Assembly (NCBI GenBank): GCA_030141605.1
Contig: JAQGDQ010000946.1
Coordinates: forward strand, 14,362-78,361
Reading direction: 5' to 3'
Source of the DNA: Tubiluchus corallicola
Taxonomy: Eukaryota; Animalia; Priapulida
DNA length: 64,000 nucleotides
The translations under genes were made by a program, and so were the position numbers. Of this stretch, positions 1 through 12,100 are shown one piece after another. Below the pieces are notes generated by a model, which did no database searches, was not told where the DNA came from, and saw nothing but the letters and a program-made list of their open reading frames with translations. Each line of letters starts with the position of its first letter. Position 1 is the first letter of the stretch.

Positions 1-153
1 GTTATCATAGCTCTACTGCCGTTTGGCATACACCAAGCAAAACAGTGACACGTCTGTCTGTGACTGTTTATGGGGAAATCTTTGTATAACCGTTTTTCTT
101 GCAGTAATTATAAATGACTATCTGAACTAACTATGGCTGTTCCTTATTTTCAG

Positions 154-3100
154 GCAGGAAAAATCCAGGTATTTGACATAGCTTCCGCAGTGTTGCTGGA
201 GACAGTAGATGCTCACGAAGGTGCAGTGTGGTCTATCTGTTTGACACCTGACAATGTAAGACTTATTAGCTTATAAATTTCACAGAAATATGCGCTTAGA
301 TCATTATTGTTGTGGTTACGGCAATATTGCATATTGACAAATGTCGAAATTTGCTCAGATATGATGTATAGATACATAATTTTCTGGATGATTTGGACAA
401 TGTATATTTTACTTCTTTTAATCATGTCAATTCCCTTTATTTAGACTCTGTCAGTGGATGCTTATGTTTTGGCATGATTTAGTTGATACACTAAGGCATT
501 TTGTTCAAAGATCTCAAAATATGATCTTAAGATAGATTTTTGTAAACAATAATAATAATAATATTAGTATATTTATCATTTTAATGTAAACAATGACCGA
601 TTCCTATGTCTTAACAACATATGGACAAAGTTTTATGTATATTAGTTATGAATTAATAACGAGTGAAAGAGCTCAATATCGTTATCATATATTTCAATAG
701 CTGATATATTTCATTATACTTCGGAAGCTGTTGTGCCATCTGGATTACCATAATCTGTTTTGCATTTTTTGATTTCGAAACGAAGGATGTATTACGTCAT
801 AACACTTAGTGAATGCAATACTAATTAGTCACTTCATTTAACGACAGTCTGTTAGCGTGTCCTGCTCTAGGTGTTTAAACTTTTTTGTTTTGCAAGCAAA
901 CGTAAATTCAATAATGAGGGAATAATGTACTGAGTACAGTGTGGTGTGTGATATTGACCAATCAGATTTGCTGTTGAGATTGTTTGTGTGTTAAGTTATC
1001 ACGTGTGTTTGTTTGATGCCGTGCTTGGTCAACTTGTGCACAAGCTTTGGTAAAATACGATGTAAGATGACTGTGTTGCTAATGTTGTGAATTGTTACAT
1101 AATTCTTACATTATATGTTCATGTGGCTTAGAAACTAATTCTTTATCGTTTTTTAGACAGATAATTTTACGTCTAGTTTACTTGGCAGTTTTTTCGGGGC
1201 AAATAAACTGTGATGAAAATCATGAATGACATTAGCTCAGAGCTGTTTGAATTTTAAATTTCTGAACAAACACATTTTATAAACAATTTGTTCATTTGTT
1301 CTTGCTTATGCCTTATTTTTTTATAACCGTATTTTTACTTATTGTCAAAAAGAGAGACAAAATAAAACCTCTGGCCGCAGTTATTGCTGATAAAGAGGCC
1401 CCAGGAAGAAGAAACGGTACACAGGTAATGTGGCTGTTGAAGATGAAATACATAAAAATAGATTGTGATTTAATACCCTATGAAATACATTCAATAGTAT
1501 AATTCTACTTACTAATAAAATGTACCACACTGGCAAGCGAATTGACGAGTATTTTTTATATATGTTTAAACAATATATAAATGATATTGTTTAAACATAT
1601 ATAAAAAAATGATATTGTTTAAACATATATAAAAAATGATATTGTTTAAACATATATAAAAAAATGATATTGTTTAAACATATATAAAAAATGATATTGT
1701 TTAAACATGTATAAAAAATACTCGTCAATTCGCGTGCCAGTGTGGTACATTTTATTAGTAAGTAGAATTCTACTATTGAACGTATTTCATAGTATATTAA
1801 ATCACAATCTATTTTCATGTATTTCATCTTCAACAGCCACATTACCTGTGAACTGTTTCTTCTTCCTGAGGCCTCTTTATTGCTTAAATTTGTGCATTTG
1901 ATTTTACAGCGAGGAATTGTATCTGGTAGCGCCGATAAGCAGATCAAGTTCTGGAATTTTGAGATGATCTCGCATGAACAAGCTACGACATCAAGGTAGG
2001 GTTTTCAAATGCTAGTTTCACAAGTGCACTTATGTTAGAAATTGTTCTTTTTGATAAATACTATTATTTAGATGTCGCCAGTGCTTAAAAGATTGTTTTG
2101 TTTTTCCAGCAAACGGTTAAGCTTGATTCACACTCGCACACTACAGATGTCAGAAGATGTTCTATGTGTGAAGTGCAGCCATGATGGTCGATTGTTAGCT
2201 GTTTCATTATTAGACAATACAATTAAGGTGTTTTTTTTGGATACACTGAAGGTATGTGATTGTGACTTGAAAAATTTTTTAAATTTTCCATAAACTTTAT
2301 TGACCATTTTTTATATTTGCATCACACTAAGCATGACTTAGAGAACACAATATTTGCTGATTTGAAAAACTCACATATAGATTGTCCTTATCACATTTTA
2401 TTACCAATAGATAAGCTTCTTACTGTAAGCTGTTCTGCTTGAAAATTACTTCTTGTGTGTAAGCATGCGAGTAACATCTTAATTGTTAAAAACCAGATTT
2501 GATAACGACAAAACATAAACTTCTATCTTGCACGGTTTCAAAAATTTAAATTTTATTTAACCCAAAAATGTTTACTAAAAATTTATCCCCGTGATGTTTG
2601 CATGGTACTGCAAAAATAAACGTTAAAAAAAGGAGTTGGAGTGTTGACTTGAATTGTTTTTTAAAGTACATACACAGTTTTCAATGTAAGCATACTGGAA
2701 TGTTGCAAAGTAGGTACTTTGTTTTTATTGCTTAGCATGTTAATAATATTCAGATAGTAATAAGTTGCAAGCCATTTGTAATGCAACTTCCTTTTAATGT
2801 AAATAGTAATAAATTGCAAGCCATTTATAATGCAACTTCATTTTAATGTAAATAGTAATAAGTTGCAAGCCATTTGTAATGCAACTTCTTTTTAATGTAA
2901 ATATTAGCAAGTTGCAAGCCATTTGTAATGCAACTTACTTTTAATGTAAACAATAATAAGTTGCAAGCCATTTGTTAAGCAACTTACTTTTAATGTAAAT
3001 ACTAATAAGTTGCAAGCCATTTGTTATGCAACTTACTTTTAATGTAAATAGTAATAAGTTGCAAGCCATTTGTAATGCAACTTACTTTTAGTGTAAATAA

Positions 3101-6100
3101 TAATAAGTTGCAAGCCATTTGTAATGCAACTTAATTTTAGTGTAAATAATAATAAGTTGCAAGCCATTTGTAATGCAACTTTTAATGTAAATAGTAATAA
3201 ATTGCAAGCCTTTTGTAATGCAACTTCCTTTTAATGTAAATACTAATAAGTTGCAAGCCATTTGTAATGCAACTTGCTTTTAAAGGAAATGCTTGTAGCT
3301 GGCCAAGAATCTATCTGATTTTTAGCAAGTCATCTAAGTTAAAAAGACTGTAAATTGAAATATCTTTTGCCTGAAATTACTTACGTAATTCAAACGAGGA
3401 TTTCCTCACAATTTCCCGCAGTACTGCCTGCGTATTATTACGCATTCATCCAACTATAAACGATTTCTCTTAGTTGCTAATAATGTGCGATTTTTCTCTT
3501 TCTAGTTTTTCTTATCTCTGTACGGTCATAAGTTGCCTGTGTTGTCTCTGGACATTTCAACTGATAATACATTGTTGGTTAGCGGGTCAGCTGATCGCAA
3601 TGTTAAATTGTGGGGCATGGATTTCGGTGATTGCCACAAGTCAATATTTGCTCATGATGATAGGTAAGTTCACATTTTACTTGTTACTAAAGTTTTACTT
3701 CCGTACTTGCAATTATTTATGTTATCAAACATGCGTTTTTCTGTTTTAATGACATTTTAATAGCAGACATGCAAGGTTAATAATAATCATTCTTATGTTG
3801 ATAAAATGTTACTAGCCATCAATGATGAATAAATGAAGTCTTTTTTACGTATTTTATTACCCATTATCAGTATTCTCTCTCTGTACTGAAAATTGAGATA
3901 AGCAGTCAATGAATATTTAATGTAACGTACTCATTTTGTACGCAAATATATGTCAGTAAGCCTTTTCGCAGTTTCGTTTTGCACACGCGCAGTTCCTGTA
4001 GGTCAAAAGTTAAATGTACCGCAGCAATACATCTGAACTACAACTGTTACGCAATATGTGGATAAAGCAAAGCCATCTGCTGTATTAGTTCAGTAACCTG
4101 AACTTTACTTAATTATGAATTAGTCTGTGCATAGAGTGATTTACTAGCAGGATCTTGTTTGGAAACAAGAAAAAATGATATAGGTAAAGTTCTAGCTAGC
4201 TGTTAAAACTGTTACTATTACAGTAGCATGGGCTGTGAGGCGTTGCCAAGTGTACATAAATGCGCTGTCACGCACACTTTAACTTTTGACCTATTCACGA
4301 TCATCATCAATCGCTGGAACTGTGACAATGTTTTGAATGCAAAACTTAACTTAAACATAACTTAACAGAACGTAAAAGAATGCAAAACTTTTGTATTAAG
4401 CATATTAAATTTTACAAAACTATCTGTACGTTTTGTAATTTAATGTGGCCTAAATGTATTACAAATATATTAATAAAAGTAATGCATTTTGTTTAATATG
4501 AGACCATTGATATGCTTTAACCTGAGCTATGATTTTGTAATAACATTTGTTAGATTAATTACAATTATAATGATATTAAATTAGAAAAAAAGGTTCACGT
4601 TGCTTTCAAAATTTAAGAACCGGCGTTTTCCATGTGATATCCTCCGCCTAGTTTCGAGATACAGTGTGAGCATCCCCACAAGTCTACAGCACCTGGTATT
4701 CCTAGGCGGTCACTCATCAAAGTACTAACCAGACTCTACGTTGCTTAACTTCGGTGATCAGACGGAACTGGTGTTTTCAACGTGATTTGGCCGTAGATTT
4801 GGATAATGTGTACACAGTCTTTATCACACAATGACGTTCATAACAAATTTAGAATCCGGTTTGATACTAAAGTGGATAGCAGCAAAGCTTCGTCCGAGTT
4901 TGCCTCAGGCTGCTTAAGCTTTGCACATCATTATTGTGTATTTTTCCAATCATATAAATCACTTCATGTTTTCTCGGATTTATTTTACTAAGTTGTGAAA
5001 GTTGAAAAAGGAAAAATGCTATGAACACATTTTCTAAGATTATTATTTCAAAGGCAATGCTAAAACAGGTCTTATCAGTTTTAACAATCAGGCTTAAAGC
5101 AGTTCTTTCAATATATTGTTGTTTACTGTATGTTGTATGATAGTTATTAATTTTGACCAAACAGCATGCAGAAAAAAACGTTGTAGCGGCGCCTGGTGGG
5201 ACTCTCGGAAGGAGATATATAGCTCTTTAGAAAGAGGAGGAACAGGGCTACACGATGATGTGGGCCATACTTTAGTACACGTCCACTAAGAGGAGTATCG
5301 ACGAGTTAATTAGATGTTCTATTTTCTGCAATTTTCGCTTAGAAAACTCTAATAATTTGCATTATTTTTCAGTTGTCCTGTAAACGTTTTTTTTAAATTT
5401 CTTTTTTTAGTATCATGTGTGTGCAGTTTATACCAAACACGCACATGTTTGTCTCTTGCGGGAAGGATAAAAATGTGAAGCAATGGGACGGCGACACTTT
5501 TGAGAAAATCTTGACGTTGCAGGTATTGCTTTCCTGTGTTTGTGTTATTTTGAGTTTTTGTACTTACTACAGATGTGGGGGTTGCAAACCTAAACTGTTC
5601 ATAAGTGGGCATAGTTAAAACTACGTTATGATGCTTCAAAGTAGAATGACCCAAAAACTTGCTCAAATGTGAATTTTTGTTTTTTATAAAAACAAATGCA
5701 ATATATATTGCATTTTTATATTCTAGCATCAAGAAAATGACCAAAAAATACTAAAAACTTAATTTTAAAACACTTTACCCACTTTTCTGGCTAAAAACTA
5801 GTCATGCAATTGTAAAAAGCTTGCATTTTCAAACTCCAATAGTAGCTTACGGAAGCAATCATTTTGCTTTAGGTTTTTTCTACTGCCAAGCCCAGATCTT
5901 CGTCGGGAACAGCCATCTGCTGGCCTTAAATAGAACTTCAATGTGTTCTTGTAAAGTCCGTAGTAACTAATATTTGTGCGGTTGTTAAGTGTTTTGCAGA
6001 AATGCGACAAAAAAACAATGGCCAACTTTAACAGTGATTTTCTCAAGATTATGTTCTTCACTGCATAGCCTGCACCTCAACTTCAACGTGGATTATCTCA

Positions 6101-9100
6101 GCTTACAAATAACATAGAGCCATGAAGTTGGTATCAAAATGATCCTCATGGAATGGAGAGTTAGGCTGTGTGAATAGCTAGAACAGCTTAACTGCTGACC
6201 ATAACTACGCATATTACATTTGAGCAGTAAGCCTGTAAGGACAGTAAAGACTTGATAATCTGTTCGCACTTTTTTGAACAATTTTTTATTTCATTGCATT
6301 GCTACTACCATGAGATTAATTTTGGATTACTCACTTATAAGATAGGTTTGGCCTTTAGGCTGGTCTTTTCTCTTTGTTTTTCGTGTAATACGTTTTAGCC
6401 ACTTTTTATCTTGTGAAAACTTAATAGAGCAACAAACGACGTAGACAGACAGTTGGACAGAAAAACCCAATAACCAGTAACCCAGTTCTTTGCATTCCAA
6501 ACCAGTTTATTTGTGCCAATATGATAGCATGAATGTAAAATTTTTAAAAAGCAGTCTTCAAGCTGTATTAGTTGTTTTTTTTGGCTAGATTTGTAATGAT
6601 TGTTTGTTTAACGAGTTACCTATGCTGGATACAATCAATTCAGTGAAATTGTTTTAAAGAAGTTAAGAATTTAGTTGGTAGGCTATTGTTTGCAATTTGT
6701 GTTTGCATAGCCAAATTAAGTTAGCTTTTAATTAGTTAGTTTTCCCTATAGAATTCTGCTTTACTAATTTTGTTTTCACTTTGTTTTGCGTAAATTGGCA
6801 TGACTTTATTTGCCATAATTTGCTATTAATTTAATTTTGATCTGTTTTTCGTATTCTATTCTTTATTTTTTTCTAATAATATTTGCTCGCCATGCTGAAA
6901 TTAGTACTCACTATTTAGGGATGGCAGACTAGATGACCTTTTGGTCTTTCACCATCCCGTCCTTCTCTAAACTTTGTAACTCGTTGTTATATACTATCTA
7001 TGATTGTTATACTGAAGGCAAAAAATAAGTTATTGTTATTGTTGTTGTTGTTGTTGTTGTTGCTGCTGTTGTTGCTGTTGTTGTTGTTGTTGTTGTTGTT
7101 GTGGTGGTGGTTGTGGTGGCGGTGGCGGTGGTTGTTGCTGTTGTTATACCCATGAGCATAATGGGTACAGTGCACTATTTTGGTGAATGTTTGTTATTAT
7201 GAATGCTGATAGTTTGCACTAAACTCATACAGAACTCTTCTCTCTTCTGTCACAAAATTATTTGGTTTTGAAAACGTTTCCTTTGGCTGGCAAACTAATC
7301 TGCTACGCGCTCTCTATTACACGAAAACTTAATGGCAGTAAGCTTACACCATTAGTAATTTAGCATAGATGTTCAAGTAGATCTTTTTCTTACTAGGGTC
7401 ACCATGCAGAGGTGTGGTGTGTAGCTGTTAGTCCTAGTGGTAACTACATTGTGTCAGCCTCCCATGACAAGTCACTGAGGTTGTGGGAGAAATCACAGGA
7501 ACCACTAGTACTGCAGGAAGAGCAGGAAGAGGAACGGGAAATGGAATATGAAGCCAGTGTGGTACAGACCAGAGATACAGTGGTATGTAGAAATTTGTTG
7601 CCTTACTGTATCTTTTAGCTTTGCACTAAAAAAAATATCTGATGCCTATACAGTAGGCATCGTTTATTTGATTCACATTTCATAGAATCAGTTGCTTAAT
7701 TGACTCAAGAACGGCTGGAACTGGCTGCCCCGATTCAAATGTGTATAAAACTGTTAGTAATTGACTCAAATAACTCTGCATCTTTTGAAGTAATCACAAA
7801 AACTTTTATTTTAAATTCAATATTACAGAAAAAGTAAAATATGTGGCAGTTTCTTCGCTTCCAATGAGTAGACTAAAAAACGTGCTCAATTCTGATTGGC
7901 TGACCTACTAAATGCACATAACGAAGCCATGTTTTACAGGCAATTCTAAATAAGTACAACTTTAGATTAAAGAGCAAGCAGAGAAAAATCTTACGAACAC
8001 TGCATGATTGACTCAATATTTTTACTTCACGTACTTAAAATAAGATACTTGTGTGTGACAAAGAGCTTTTACTGATTTTACATCATTTTTATGTCGCTTT
8101 TATGTGTTTGTGTCACTGCGTATAATATACGTAGAAGTAGCCATGTTAAATACAGTTTGTATATAAGAAGGTACAGTACATTTATTATATGCGCTAATAT
8201 GTTAGCGTAGCGGGTTTGCTTTCAATCTGTCACCCTGCTGTAGTAACCTCGTTGTTTCTGGTAGCTAAACATTTGACCTTAAACTTGACCAGCGGTTTGC
8301 TTTTGAAGTTCCGGCTGCTTTTCGCAAGGTCATCACCAACTGCAGTTCAAGCACTATACGTACAATATGTACACTATACAGCAACAGATTTTCAACTTTT
8401 TTTATCAACATGAGAATTTCATAAACCAACTTCTTTGTGAAGAAATGAAGCAGCCGACCTTGCGTGTAATTTTTTAGTTTTAATAATTAGATTTGTGCAT
8501 TTTTTTCTTTCTTTATTAATTCACTTATGTAAAGTATGTTTCTTAAATAATTGCACATAGGAATTTTGACGTTAATTCGTTTCTAAAATTCATTTAAAGC
8601 CTTTGCAATGCATTCTAAAGTGGTAAGTCATGACTCATACTTCTATAGTAATAGGCAACAACCATCGGCATCCGTTAATTGAATCAGTCGGTTAATCGGG
8701 TCAGAACACTTCCATCCCAAGTGAGTCTATTAAACGGCGTCTAGCGTAAGTGCATCCAAGAATTCCAAATGTGCAAATTAGAACCTTGTGCCAGAGTTTA
8801 AATTTTCAAGTTTTATTCAATATCTCAACAATAATACAAGCCTTGTATGCAGCAAGACGGCATGTAGGTGATACGTACAACTTTAAGAATATATTTTTAG
8901 CTTTATATAACAATGGTGTTTCGTTGTGCTTTAACGAATTGCAGGCTGTCTTATTGCAACCCGTGTTTTATCATGTTTATTTTGATATTATTTTCTCACC
9001 TCGAAGTTGTTTTCCATAGCGCACATTCTCTTATTCACGCCTGTTGTCTAGTCCTTTGTGATACTTGCCTCTGTTTTCTTATCATGTGGGAATTGTGCAT

Positions 9101-12100
9101 TTTTTGAACTCCTCTTCTGAACTCTTATTTCATTTTCTCTATCTTTGTCTATTATTTTATCTTAACTATCTATCAATCTTTTATATCATCTCACATATGA
9201 GCTTCATTCATTACACCATTCCATTCTGTAGCACTAATGTTTTGTTTATCATACGATTCACTTCAAATTTTCAGATTATTTTCATTATTATTTTTTCTTT
9301 CACAGTATGGGACGATCTAACCCCAAGCCCTGCTTTTTCATTGCCCGCAACACATTTACATTTGTATATATAGCAAACCTAAACTATGGTATTTCTAAAC
9401 TAGTTATGTGCTCAAAGTAAACTGTATACGCATTTACTAAGCAACATACAACAGTGATAATTCTCTTGTTTATCTTTCAACCCCACAGTGTTTTGAGAGT
9501 CTAGTTAGTATATTTGTAATGATGCTGTACATAACGTTGTTTAGACACCAGTATTAAAGGACGTAGCGATATCACTATCTTTGTTTACCATAGGTCTAAA
9601 GACGATTTAAATCATTTTTTTCGAAATTTGCTTCCTATTATGTATCTTACTGTTTGTTATTCATCGAATTATTGATAACTTTTTGTTTCTTTTAATGTAT
9701 TAATTGTGTATTTGTGTTGATGTGAAATAAGTAAATAATAAAAATAAAAATTTGTTCTAGATTCCTGGTGAGGCTTCGGTTAAGGAAGCTGCTTTGGCAG
9801 GAAAGAAGACCATTGAGACTTACAAAGCGGTTTGTAATTAGTTTGTGCTTACATAGTTAACATGTAGGCAGGTTATGGCATGATATTTGTAATGGACATT
9901 CAACGTACACTCACATCTCGGTTTGCCAGACAAAAGAGGGGAGACGTCCGTCCGAATTTGCGGATTGTCTGTGTTTTCCGATACTAAACAATACAGTAAG
10001 TGTATTAGATTCATGGTAATGTAGAATTAATTCACCTAACTGTCTCAAAAACATCAAGTACGGGCCGCTCCTATGCAAAACTGTATAAAAACTGTCGCAA
10101 TTGACTCAAATAACTCTGCATAATTGACTCTATATTTTTATGCATAGATATGTACACATGGTTATGCTGATGTAAGGTATGTAAACAAAGTGACGCCCCG
10201 TCATTTAGTGGTCCACCTGCCAAATAACAGACTGTTTTCATAGTATGTGGGACTTTTAATGGACTAGATTTTGTCCAAATTTTCCGATAACCGTAAAAGC
10301 GAGGTCCGGCAAACCGAGATATGAAAATATAAATTTCATAGTGGCCTAGTGTATTTAAAGGTAGACCGGACGATTGTTTAGACTCAATCTCATTTTAATT
10401 TACTGTCCTAAATATACATTTTCTTGCCTATAAAAGTTAACAGTTTTTCCTTATATTTGAATAATTAGCTTAGAAAGTTAATTAACAGCAACCGAACACA
10501 GCTATTGCTTACGTCAGAAACTAACCACAGTTTGTGGAATGGCAGGCATATTCCCTTGTGCTTCAAGCACATTTGCATAAGTGTTACAGTACTGCTTAAA
10601 TGCATGATGTCACGAAAAATGGGCTTTGCATCATATGACTTCAGAAACTAACACTGTAGTTCATGATCATACTTATCACGGCACCGCCTTCTATTTGTCG
10701 GCCACACGCACGTGACAAAAAGGCTCCACTGCCAATCTTAGTAGATTCACTGAGATGCGCGTAGCTTTGAAAGTTTAACAAAATTTGAATAGCCGAGGAA
10801 TTATTGTTTAATCTGAGCTTTGATTTGAGAAAAAACTATTGCAGTTTTCAATATTTTAGAGCATTCTTAATTTTGAACTAAGAACTAAGGCTTGTGAATG
10901 AGTAGCAAAAGAACAAAGAAGTCATCTTGGTCACCCATCCATCCTACATGTTCTATTATTAACAACATATAGGTACTCTCTAGGTGGCATCTGGGCAATT
11001 GAAATATTACAATTGCTTACTAGATAGTTAATTTATATTTATGTCACATTTGATGAATTACAATTACTTTAGAAAATAATTTATTTATATATTTATATAT
11101 TAATTGTTTAAACTAATTGTAACTTATCAAAGGAATATAAACATAAATTAATTATTTCCTGTAACTGTAATATTTCAATTGCCAAATTCTGTCTAACAGA
11201 TTGACTATATTTTATTAGTAATAGCCCATATTTTCCTATATAAGTCATCACTAACTCTTGCATTTAATTATGATATTATTATGTATCTTGTGATTAGGGG
11301 TGAGCATTCTCTACCAGAAAGCGAATTCGAATCGAACTGAATTTGTGACTTTCGAATTCGAATCGAACCGAACTTCAGTGTTTCGAATTCGAATCGAACC
11401 GAACTTCAGTGTTTCGAACCGAATTCGAATTGAGATTGAACGATTTTCGAACCACCAGGAAAAATTAGTCTTACAAAGATCATGTGTATCACTAGATTTT
11501 GTTCTGCAATAAAACGACTAGTAATTTGCTTAGAGTTGTGCGCAGAAATAACAACTAAATTATGTTAATTGCATGATGTTTCAATCGTTTTAATGATCAG
11601 GAACATATGTGATTGAAGTGCTGAATTATTCGAATCTAGTTTTGGATTCGAATCGAGTTCGAACTAAAAAAACTCGTTCGAATCGAATTCGAGCGTTCGA
11701 TGCTCACCCCTACTACTGTTACTAGTTCTGTAATAAAGTTCTCAAGTATGAAAAAAATGTATATGTTTGAAATTTAGTTTTTCAAAACACACACTGCCTT
11801 GTCACACAGTTTGTAGACAGCTCTTGTTACTCATTGTTGGCTTCAGTGGAATTTGCATCTTTTCTACATGCTCAGACAATATTTCGTTCATCTTTGAAGA
11901 CAAATATTCGTGGCAGATGGAATACTAATTGTGAAACAGGGGGATTCTATGCGAATGTTCAATCAGAGTCTGTACTAAATACTTAACACTTTCAGTCCCA
12001 AATTATTTTTAAAAAAAAAAAATTTTTTTTGGCTTGTTACTTTTGTTCAGTATGTCCATCTTTGTTTACACATAGTAATTATGCTATGCTGATCTGTACA

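Noticed and set aside
2753-3282. CRISPR-like array of palindromic repeats
   Set aside because: The linkers are near-identical rather than unique spacers, there are no cas genes, and the context is a spliceosomal intron.
5180-5300. GC-richer intronic patch as a candidate snoRNA
   Set aside because: No convincing paired C/D boxes with a terminal stem and no H/ACA architecture.
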